Origin: an uncultured Candidatus Saccharibacteria bacterium
Lineage (GTDB): Bacteria; Patescibacteriota; Minisyncoccia; Phycocordibacterales; Phycocordibacteraceae
DNA length: 51,980 nucleotides
Direction of reading: 5' to 3'
Assembly: GCA_964404565.1 (NCBI GenBank)
Contig: CAYOKK010000002.1
Location: forward strand, 1-51,980
Position numbers and translations under genes: made by a program. How positions within the stretch are numbered: the stretch's first letter is position 1; every line of letters begins with the position of its first letter. The notes beneath the pieces are model-generated. The model saw nothing but the letters and a program-made list of their open reading frames with translations, did no database searches and was not told the origin of the DNA. Positions 43,587 through 51,980 of this stretch are shown in pieces.

Positions 43587-43759
43587 ACGTAAATCGTGGG
43601 TATTCTATGCTAATAGGCGTCGAAGGAAGGCTGCGTGAAGGCGTGTGGACGCTCTCGAGATTCGACGTACTACTCATTGTACTCCTCTTCCAAAGGATGA
43701 AGAAAGGGGACAACGAAGAATGAAACAGTATGCGCTTTGAGGCAAGGAAGGATTTGCCG

Positions 43760-44257
43760 TTAGCGCACGGGAAGCGCGATCTGCGTCCCGACCGACCACC
43801 CGCGGCGGCGCGCTTCCCCCGCCTTCGTCTCAAGGACATACTTCGCCGGCTGTGGCGGATAGAACGCTTCTGGGTATGTGTCGGGAGAGACACTGTCCTC
43901 GATACCGAGAATCGTTCCGGTGTCTGAGAGCCAGATGATGTCTATCGGTACGAGCATGTCTTTCATCCAGAATCCTGTGCGCTCTTCCTGCGGAAAGACG
44001 AATAGCATGCCGTAGTTTTCAGGTACGGTTTCCCTGCCGCTCAGGCCTTGCTCCTGCTCTGCCTGTGTCGTCACCACCTCGAAGCGCATCTGCGGAAGAG
44101 AGTCTGATTCGGTGTCGGCTTGCTGAGGAGTCGAGGAGCTGCCGGAAGAAGTCGTAAAGGACAGTTCCGGCACGTTCGGCACCAAAAGGACAACGAGCGC
44201 GATGATAAGGGACACCGCGAGGATGCCGTATAGGATGTGATGTCTTTTAAGATTCAT
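43760..44257 (-). CDS. DUF192 domain-containing protein, membrane-anchored
   Basis: ATG at 44255-44257 (the track start is TTG at 44275). TM helix ILYGILAVSLIIALVVLLV. GLSGRETVPENYGMLFVFPQEERTGFWMKDMLVPIDIIWL. Confidence 0.8.
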   Translation of the reverse strand: MNLKRHHILYGILAVSLIIALVVLLVPNVPELSFTTSSGSSSTPQQADTESDSLPQMRFEVVTTQAEQEQGLSGRETVPENYGMLFVFPQEERTGFWMKDMLVPIDIIWLSDTGTILGIEDSVSPDTYPEAFYPPQPAKYVLETKAGEARRRGWSVGTQIALPVR

Positions 44258-44322
44258 ACGAGCTATCGGTAACAAGGGGTACGATTTGAGCGAGGAGTAT
44301 GGACTAAGTATACTAGACGGAT

Positions 44323-44637
44323 ATGATGGATACCCGATTCAGCAGCAACGTGCGCACCGTAGTCGCCAGCATCCCTAAAGGGAAAGTCGCTACCTATGGC
44401 CAGGTCGCGGCGCTTGCAGGGAACCCGAAAGCCTCTCGCGCCGTAGGCATGGTAATGAGTCATAACCGCGACACGAAGGCTGTTCCCTGTCACCGCGTCG
44501 TCGGCTCTACCGGCGCACTTACCGGCTACGCATACGGAAGCGGCACCAGCACGAAGAAGCAGATACTCCAGAAAGAAGGTGTTGCTTTTAAGGGTGAGAG
44601 GGTCGACCTTTCGTCTTCCCAGTGGCAGCCGAAGTAG
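44323..44637 (+). CDS. MGMT-family protein (methylated-DNA--protein-cysteine methyltransferase C-terminal domain only)
   Basis: 104 aa. IPKGKVATYGQVAALAGNPKASRAVG...VPCHRVV, so the active-site Cys is retained. Confidence 0.85.
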   Translation: MMDTRFSSNVRTVVASIPKGKVATYGQVAALAGNPKASRAVGMVMSHNRDTKAVPCHRVVGSTGALTGYAYGSGTSTKKQILQKEGVAFKGERVDLSSSQWQPK

Positions 44638-44640
44638 AAG

Positions 44641-44680
44641 TACACAAGAGCGGCGAGCTAACGCTCGCCGCTCTTGTGTA
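44641..44680. terminator. Bidirectional terminator hairpin
   Basis: TACACAAGAGCGGCGAGC-taac-GCTCGCCGCTCTTGTGTA, an 18-bp perfect stem. Confidence 0.65.
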
Positions 44681-44684
44681 TCGG

Positions 44685-44771
44685 CGGAGGCGGAGGGATT
44701 CGAACCCTCGAGACCCTTTCGAGCCTACCACCTTTCCAAGATGGCGGAATCGACCACTATCCGACGCCTCC
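44685..44771 (-). tRNA. tRNA-Ser (anticodon GGA), long variable arm
   Basis: Hand-folded: acceptor GGAGGCG/CGCCTCC, anticodon arm CCATC-TTGGAAA-GGTGG, variable arm TAGGCTCGAAAGGGTCTC, T arm GAGGG-TTCGAAT-CCCTC. Confidence 0.88.
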
Positions 44772-44802
44772 GTGCTGAACTGTTATAACACAAAATTGCA
44801 CG

Positions 44803-45714
44803 CTACTGCGACTGACCGAGCAGCGCGCGAATGCGGGCTTCTGTCGGTGGGTGCGTCGAGAAGAGCCGGTTGATCCAGCCGCCCTTCTTCTTTCCTTCCA
44901 GTTTTGAGCCGTACGGATCTTCGATGAAAAGATGCGCGGTGGCGTGGCTCACTCGCCGCATCGGCGGCGCATTCTCTATCTTTGCGAGCGCTGAGGCCAA
45001 GCCTTCTGGGTACCGCGTCAGGAGCGCGCCCGAAGCATCGGCAAGAAACTCGCGCCGGCGAGAGATGGCGAGCTGGATAAGCTGTGCGGCGATAGGCGCG
45101 AGGATGAGCCCGACAATGCCTACGATAAGCAGTATGGCGCCCCCGCGTCCGTTATCATCCCGGTTGCCGCCGCCCCAGAACGAGACGCGCAGGAAGATGT
45201 CCGCGACGATCGCGATGAAGCCGGCAAGCACGACCGCTACCGTCATGAGAAGGATGTCACGATTGCGTATATGAGAAAGTTCATGAGCGATGACGCCTTC
45301 GAGCTCTGAACGATCGAGCATAGAAAGCAGCCCGGTCGTGGCGCAGACGACGGCATGTTCTTCGTTGCGGCCGGTGGCAAATGCATTCGGCGACGGATCA
45401 TCGATGACATAGAGCTTGGGCATCTGCATGCCAGCGGTAATGGCAAGATTCTCCGTCACGGTATAGAAGTCGAAATACTGTTCCTTGGTTGCCGGGTGCG
45501 CGTTAGTCATCGAGAGCACCTGCCGGTCCGAAAACCAGTAGCTGTAGACGTTCATGAACACCGCGAAGGCGATGGCGATGTAGAGAAGTATCGGATTCTG
45601 ATAGTAGTATGAGACGAAATAGCCGATACCGAGCACGATGGCGATGAACACCGCCATCAAGAGCGCGGTGCGCCATACGTTGCGAGAGCGTTGTTCGTAG
45701 AGAGTAAGGGCCAT
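44803..45714 (-). CDS. htpX: Zinc metalloprotease HtpX (M48 family)
   Basis: HELSHIRNRD (HExxH) and 4 TM helices. I chose the ATG at 45712-45714; the track start at 45738 is GTG. Confidence 0.9.
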   Translation of the reverse strand: MALTLYEQRSRNVWRTALLMAVFIAIVLGIGYFVSYYYQNPILLYIAIAFAVFMNVYSYWFSDRQVLSMTNAHPATKEQYFDFYTVTENLAITAGMQMPKLYVIDDPSPNAFATGRNEEHAVVCATTGLLSMLDRSELEGVIAHELSHIRNRDILLMTVAVVLAGFIAIVADIFLRVSFWGGGNRDDNGRGGAILLIVGIVGLILAPIAAQLIQLAISRRREFLADASGALLTRYPEGLASALAKIENAPPMRRVSHATAHLFIEDPYGSKLEGKKKGGWINRLFSTHPPTEARIRALLGQSQ

Positions 45715-45757
45715 ATTATGAAGATGCGCGTAGTACACGCAGTAGCGCTATCGGCGC

Positions 45758-46342
45758 CTAGAACGACACTGCTACAGGTTCGCGGGCGGCAGCATCAGTG
45801 TCGGCCAGCTCGAAGAGGTCCATCTTCTGGAAATGGAACGAACCGGCGATGATATTGCCCGGGAACGACTGGATGGCAATGTTAAGGTCGCGCACGTTGC
45901 TGTTGTAGAAGCGGCGAGCGGCCTGGATCTTGTCTTCCGTATCAGCGAGCTGGCGCTGGAGCTCGAGGAAATTCTGGTTCGCCTTGAGGTCAGGATACGC
46001 CTCGGCGACGGCGAAGAGCGACTTGAGCGTGCCGGTAAGCTGGTTTTCAGCGTCCGCCTTCGCGGCCGGCGTTCCCGCCTGCATGGCCTGCGAGCGAGCC
46101 TTCGTCACATTCTCGAACGCTTCGCGCTCGTGGGTCGCGTAGCCCTTAACGGTTTCAACGAGATTCGGGATGAGGTCATAGCGGCGCTTCAGCTGCACGT
46201 CGATGTCTGCCCACGCCTCTTTGGTGCGGTTTATCTTCGCGACGAAGCCGTTGTAGGCAATGACGACGTAGAGTATGGCAACCGCGATAATGCCGAGAAT
46301 GATGTATAGGATGGTCATGTGTGCATTATAAAATAAATTCAT
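45758..46342 (-). CDS. lemA: LemA family protein
   Basis: 194 aa (or a start at 46318). N-terminal TM helix, then RRYDLIPNLVETVKGYATHE and ARRFYNSNVRDLN. Confidence 0.9.
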   Translation of the reverse strand: MNLFYNAHMTILYIILGIIAVAILYVVIAYNGFVAKINRTKEAWADIDVQLKRRYDLIPNLVETVKGYATHEREAFENVTKARSQAMQAGTPAAKADAENQLTGTLKSLFAVAEAYPDLKANQNFLELQRQLADTEDKIQAARRFYNSNVRDLNIAIQSFPGNIIAGSFHFQKMDLFELADTDAAAREPVAVSF

Positions 46343-46351
46343 AGTACGAGC

Positions 46352-46385
46352 AAAAAGGCGGCGCCCTTTAGGGCGCCGCCTTTTT
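46352..46385. terminator. Bidirectional-type terminator after groEL
   Basis: AAAAAGGCGGCGCCC-ttta-GGGCGCCGCCTTTTT. Confidence 0.8.
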
Positions 46386-46405
46386 GCTGATTCCTGAGAC
46401 GGTTT

Positions 46406-48073
<1,668 letters not shown>

Positions 48074-48115
48074 TTATAAAAGAAATAAATAGGGAACTGA
48101 AGATATGCAGGGAAG

Positions 48116-48424
48116 CTAGCCCTGAAGAACGGCGAGAACGCTCGACTCTGAAAGAATAAGGTATTCTGTACCGTCTACCTTGACCTCGTCATAGCCGTAC
48201 TTAGAGAACAGGACCGAATCGCCGACCTTGACGCTCATCGGAACGAGCGAACCGTTCTCGTACTTTCCGGTGCCGATAGCGACCACAGTCCCCTGCTCCG
48301 GCTTTTCTCGGCTAGCCGTGTCAGGGATGATGATGCCCGAAGCCGACATTTCTTCGCGGGCCATCGGTTCGACGACGACACGATCGCCGAGCGGCGTGAT
48401 TGAGAGCTTTTTCTTCGTAGCCAT
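48116..48424 (-). CDS. groES: Co-chaperonin GroES
   Basis: 102 aa. LSITPLGDRVVVEP...GIIIPDTA...GTVVAIGTG. Confidence 0.97.
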   Translation of the reverse strand: MATKKKLSITPLGDRVVVEPMAREEMSASGIIIPDTASREKPEQGTVVAIGTGKYENGSLVPMSVKVGDSVLFSKYGYDEVKVDGTEYLILSESSVLAVLQG

Positions 48425-48475
48425 ACAATGTTGTTTCTCTTATGAATACCTGGTAAAAGCGCCCTAATACCCATC

Positions 48476-48503
48476 AGTATAGGAGAGTGATTTCCTGAGT
48501 CAA
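48476..48503 (-). promoter_or_regulatory. Candidate sigma70-type promoter for groES-groEL
   Basis: The reverse strand reads TTGACT-16 nt-TATACT, about 50 nt upstream of the groES ATG. Confidence 0.45.
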
Positions 48504-48520
48504 ATGGAACGCGCCCTGGC

Positions 48521-48549
48521 TTGTGAAGGCCTGCCTCCCATGGTATATT
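48521..48549 (+). promoter_or_regulatory. Candidate sigma70-type promoter for secG
   Basis: TTGTGA-17 nt-TATATT, about 22 nt upstream of the secG ATG. Confidence 0.4.
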
Positions 48550-48571
48550 CTTTCCTAATTACGCCACATAT

Positions 48572-48802
48572 ATGGTTGCCGCACTTCCCTACATCGAGAT
48601 TATCCTTTCCATACTCCTTATCGCCGGAGTCGTCCTGCAGCAGCGCGGAGCGTCGCTGGGCGGCGCATTCGGCGGAGACAACTTCTCCTCGACCTTCTAT
48701 AAACGCCGCGGCGCTGAGAAATTCCTGTTCAACGCGACTATCGTCATTGCCGGACTCTTCATCGCTGTCGCTATCTTAAACTTCGCGCTTACGACCGCCT
48801 AA
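48572..48802 (+). CDS. secG: Preprotein translocase subunit SecG
   Basis: 76 aa with two TM helices. ILLIAGVVLQQRGASLGGAFGG is a typical SecG Gly-rich loop. Confidence 0.85.
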   Translation: MVAALPYIEIILSILLIAGVVLQQRGASLGGAFGGDNFSSTFYKRRGAEKFLFNATIVIAGLFIAVAILNFALTTA

Positions 48803-48815
48803 GCACCTTTCCTTC

Positions 48816-50492
48816 ATGAATCGCCTTTCCCGATTCATTTCCGGATTGCCTGCAGGAGATAAGGCGATCGCGGGATTCCTTGCATTTCTTTTTCTTTGCG
48901 CCTGTCTGGTGAGCCTGGCGGCGCTTGCGCGTGCCTTCCAAGTAACGGTTCCCGTTCACGGCGGAACGCTGCATGAAGGCGTCGTCGGGAGTCCCCGCTT
49001 CGTGAATCCCCTCCTGGCCGCGTCCGATAGCGACCGCGACCTCGTACAGCTTACGTATGCGGGGCTCATGGGCCACGCTTCCGACGGTTCCCTGGTGCCT
49101 GTGCTCGCCGAATCGTATGCCGTCTCTGAAGATGGTACGGAATACACCTTTATCTTGCGGCCGAACGCGGCCTTCTCCGACGGTACGCCCGTCACGGCTG
49201 ACGATGTCGTCTATACCGTAGAGAAAGCCCAGGATCCGGCACTCAAGAGTCCGGCATACGCCAGCTGGGCAAATATCCGCGCAGAAGCGCTCGATGCGCA
49301 GACGGTCCGCTTTACCCTGCCTAAGGCGTATGCGCCGTTCCTTGAGGACGCGACGCTCGGCATACTCCCGAAGCACCTATGGCAGGATGTCAGCGACGAG
49401 GAGTTCCCGTTCGCTTCGCTCAATGCGATGCCGGTGGGCGCAGGTCCGTTTGTCGCAGGATCTGTCTCGCGCGACGAGAACGGCAGCATCACGGGATATG
49501 AGCTCGACTCCTTTGAGAACTATGTGCTCGGAGAGCCGTACCTTTCCCATATCCGCCTCTCCTTCTACGAAAGCCAGGAAGAGCTTCAGTCTGCCTTTGC
49601 TGACGGAGAGATAGACAGTGTGTACGGGATCGCTACGCCTGACGCACGTACAGTGCCGTATGCCCGCGTATTCGCCGTGTTCTTCAATCCAGCCAAGAAC
49701 GCCGCGCTCGACGACATAGAAGTGCGCAAGGCGCTCTCGCTGGCTATCGATCGCGCGAAGCTTGCCGAAGAACTCCTCGGCGGGTACGCGACGCCGACCA
49801 TGGGGCCGCTGCCTGACGGAAGCGGTATTCCTGCCCTCCCTCTGCCTGAAGAATCGGTACGGCTTGAGGACGCGCGCGCGGCGCTTGCGGATGCGGGATA
49901 CGAATACGCCAGTACGACGAACCTCTGGATGAAAGAGGATGAGCCGCTCTCAGTCACGCTCACGACGGCGAACGTTCCTGAACTTAAGGCTGTTGCCGGA
50001 CAGGTCCAGGATGACTGGCGGGCGCTCGGGATAAAGGTCGAGCTGGAGCTCCATGACACCTCGACCATCACGCAGGCCGTCATCCGCCCGCGCGCCTACG
50101 GCGCGCTCCTCTTCGGCGAAGTCATCGGCACTACCCCTGACCTTTATGCGTTCTGGGCAGGAAGCGAACGCGACGATCCCGGCCTCAATATCGCGGACTA
50201 TCAGAACGAAGACGTAGACACCTTGCTTTCAGAGGCGCGAGGCCAGAGCGACCCGGCAGTGCGCCGTGAGACGCTCGCCGAAATCCAGGAAGCTATTGCG
50301 AGCGACTACCCCGCAGCGTTCCTCTACACGCCGCAGTTTCTCTATACTGCACCTGACTACGTCCGCGGCATCTCACTCTCGTCCGTCAGCTCCCCATCCG
50401 ACCGCTTCTGGGGCATAGCCGGATGGTACCGCTATACCGAGCACGTATGGCCGATATTCGCACCTGCGAACGCTACTGGCACGAATCGCTAA
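48816..50492 (+). CDS. ABC-type substrate-binding protein, family 5 (peptide/nickel type), with no adjacent permease or ATPase
   Basis: 558 aa with an N-terminal TM/signal anchor. GGTLHEGVVGSPRFVNPLLA, FSDGTPVTADDVVYT, LGILPKHLW are typical SBP_bac_5 segments. Confidence 0.8.
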   Translation: MNRLSRFISGLPAGDKAIAGFLAFLFLCACLVSLAALARAFQVTVPVHGGTLHEGVVGSPRFVNPLLAASDSDRDLVQLTYAGLMGHASDGSLVPVLAESYAVSEDGTEYTFILRPNAAFSDGTPVTADDVVYTVEKAQDPALKSPAYASWANIRAEALDAQTVRFTLPKAYAPFLEDATLGILPKHLWQDVSDEEFPFASLNAMPVGAGPFVAGSVSRDENGSITGYELDSFENYVLGEPYLSHIRLSFYESQEELQSAFADGEIDSVYGIATPDARTVPYARVFAVFFNPAKNAALDDIEVRKALSLAIDRAKLAEELLGGYATPTMGPLPDGSGIPALPLPEESVRLEDARAALADAGYEYASTTNLWMKEDEPLSVTLTTANVPELKAVAGQVQDDWRALGIKVELELHDTSTITQAVIRPRAYGALLFGEVIGTTPDLYAFWAGSERDDPGLNIADYQNEDVDTLLSEARGQSDPAVRRETLAEIQEAIASDYPAAFLYTPQFLYTAPDYVRGISLSSVSSPSDRFWGIAGWYRYTEHVWPIFAPANATGTNR

Positions 50493-50586
50493 GGTTGTGT
50501 ATTATTACGGGCAAGTTTCCCTATTTGGGTAGTGTGCGAATCTATCAACGCTGTTTTGATTTCTATCTCTAATCATTTCTACTATC

Positions 50587-51980
50587 ATGACCCCTGCTCC
50601 CGCTCCGGCCCCAGCGCCGCGACCTTCTCATTCCGAATCTAAGCCGTCCGCAAGCGCTGCGCCTGCACGCCGCGGGAACCGCTCGAACGGCGGCTCGGGC
50701 CGCCCTCCGCGCGGCCGCAATACGCGTTCCCGCTCCGGCGGCGGACAGTCCCGTGCCATGCGCGACCGGCGCCGTATGCCGGCTCACGGCCGTTCCGCGG
50801 CTCCTAAGAAGCGCGATGCCGACTACCATCCGGAACCCGTCGCGCCGAACGTCGTGCGCATCGTCCCTCTGGGCGGCGTCGAGGAAGTCGGCCGCAACAT
50901 GGTCGCTATGGAATCCGGCGACGATATCTTCGTTTTCGACGTAGGCTTCCAGTTCGTCTCTGAAGACGGCTCGCCCGGCGTCGATTATGTCCTTCCCAAT
51001 ACGAAGTACCTCGAACGGAACGCTGACCGCGTCCGTGCCATCTTCATCACGCACGGCCACCTCGATCACATCGGCGGCATTCCCTTCCTCCTGAACCGTT
51101 TCGGCAATCCGCCTATCTACGCGCAGAACCTTACGAACGCGCTCATCGCGAAGCGGCAGGAAGAGTACCCGGACGTGCCGAAGCCGGAACTCATCACCGT
51201 CGAATCAGGCTCGACGCACACTATCGGCTCGCACAAGGTGAAGTTCTTCCAGGTGACCCACTCTATTCCGGATTCCATGGGTATTTCCGTGGAGACACCG
51301 TACGGGAACGTCGTCGTTACCGGCGACCTCAAGCTTGAGCATGAGAACGGAATCCCGACCGACAAGGAAAAGAAAGTCTGGGGCGACATCGGCAAGCAAA
51401 ACAACCTGTTCTTCATCGCCGACTCCACGAATGCCGAACGTGACGGGTTCTCCACGCCGGAAAGCAGGGTGAACACCACGCTCGAGGAGATCGTACGCGG
51501 CGTTTCCGGCCGCCTCATCATCGGTACCTTCGCCTCGCAGTTCGAGCGCATGACCCGCATCATCCAGATCGCGGAATCTATGGGCAAGAAGATCATACTT
51601 GAGGGCCGCTCTATCAAGACGAACCTTGAGATCGCGCAGAAGGCGGGTATCCTTACGGTCAAGAAGGACACCATCATAAACGCGCAGGACCTGCAGGACT
51701 ACCCTGCCGACAAGATCGTCATTCTCTCGACGGGAGCCCAGGGCGAGGAGTTCGCTGCGCTCATGCGCATCGCGACCAAGCAGCACAAGCACATCACGCT
51801 TACCCCGCGCGATACGGTCGTGCTCTCATCCTCAGTCATCCCTGGCAACGAGATCAGCGTCCAGAAGCTGAAAGACAACCTTTTCCGCAACGGCGCGAAC
51901 ATCATCCACTACCGCACGTCGGACGTGCACTCCACCGGCCACGGAAACTCCGGCGAGCTCGTCTGGATCAACCAGCAGGT
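50587..51980 (+). CDS. rnj: Ribonuclease J (partial, continues beyond the right edge) with an Arg/Gly/Pro-rich N-terminal extension
   Basis: Not in the ORF track (no stop in the window). The frame is open from the in-frame TGA at 50557 to the window end. First ATG is at 50587. VRIVPLGGVEEVGRNMVAMESGDDIFVFDVG, ITHGHLDHIGGIPFL, ...DVHSTGHGNSGEL. Alternative starts are at 50758 and 50776. Confidence 0.9.
   Translation, partial: MTPAPAPAPAPRPSHSESKPSASAAPARRGNRSNGGSGRPPRGRNTRSRSGGGQSRAMRDRRRMPAHGRSAAPKKRDADYHPEPVAPNVVRIVPLGGVEEVGRNMVAMESGDDIFVFDVGFQFVSEDGSPGVDYVLPNTKYLERNADRVRAIFITHGHLDHIGGIPFLLNRFGNPPIYAQNLTNALIAKRQEEYPDVPKPELITVESGSTHTIGSHKVKFFQVTHSIPDSMGISVETPYGNVVVTGDLKLEHENGIPTDKEKKVWGDIGKQNNLFFIADSTNAERDGFSTPESRVNTTLEEIVRGVSGRLIIGTFASQFERMTRIIQIAESMGKKIILEGRSIKTNLEIAQKAGILTVKKDTIINAQDLQDYPADKIVILSTGAQGEEFAALMRIATKQHKHITLTPRDTVVLSSSVIPGNEISVQKLKDNLFRNGANIIHYRTSDVHSTGHGNSGELVWINQQ

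Noticed and set aside
43587-43759. I looked for a cobalamin riboswitch or NrdR boxes in the nrdJ leader.
   Set aside because: I could not recognise the B12-box or a 16-bp NrdR-type palindrome by eye. A covariance-model scan would be needed to exclude them formally.
48425-48571. I looked for a CIRCE/HrcA operator upstream of groES.
   Set aside because: No TTAGCACTC-N9-GAGTGCTAA-like inverted repeat is visible, only promoter-like hexamers.
50569-51905. Several reverse-strand ORFs (50569-51069, 51117-51677, 51205-51792, 51699-51905) lie at the right end.
   Set aside because: All are antisense to the open-ended RNase J frame, which carries unmistakable RNase J motifs.

Overview
This is a GC-rich, tightly packed bacterial chromosomal segment. 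I call 56 protein-coding genes, 7 dispersed single tRNA genes (Ser-CGA, Glu-UUC, Val-GAC, Phe-GAA, Arg-CCU, Gly-CCC, Ser-GGA) and an RNase P RNA. I saw no rRNA, CRISPR array, transposase or integrase. Most content is housekeeping: gyrA, a 4x S1-domain protein, pth, lepB, a HisRS-like gene, rpsU-ybeY-ftsA-ftsZ, trxB, nfi, tsaD, valS, prsW, hsp20, ftsB-like, lepA-murJ plus an O-antigen-ligase-like/TPR membrane protein, rnpB directly behind a class II (B12-type) ribonucleotide reductase, DUF192, a mini-MGMT, htpX-lemA-groEL-groES, secG, and RNase J. RNase J runs off the right edge and is missing from the supplied ORF track because it has no stop in the window. Several traits suggest a reduced-genome CPR/Patescibacteria-type (Parcubacteria-like) organism: arrays of VirB2/TrbC-like pilin proteins, orphan solute-binding proteins, a free-standing LAGLIDADG endonuclease, short or degenerate versions of core enzymes, weak Shine-Dalgarno usage, and long perfect GC-rich hairpins as terminators. 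That assignment is an inference from gene content only. The long antisense ORFs in the track (up to 874 aa opposite gyrA) are high-GC shadow ORFs. The observations most worth follow-up are listed here. (1) A tandem array of five pilin-like paralogs is coupled to an orphan solute-binding protein at the left edge. (2) A HisRS-like protein keeps the anticodon-binding domain but has lost the canonical catalytic signatures. (3) An AT-rich LAGLIDADG island sits between two tRNA genes. (4) A 474-nt gene-free spacer carries orphan terminators and a perfect DnaA box. (5) An 18-bp perfect inverted repeat lies in the pth/lepB divergent region. (6) A two-gene cassette flanked by tRNAs encodes an eight-cysteine-domain surface protein. 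(7) Two stand-alone amide-bond ligases (ATP-grasp and GCS2-type) are present. I did not recognise a complete, self-evident novel multi-gene system, and all functional ideas below are hypotheses.
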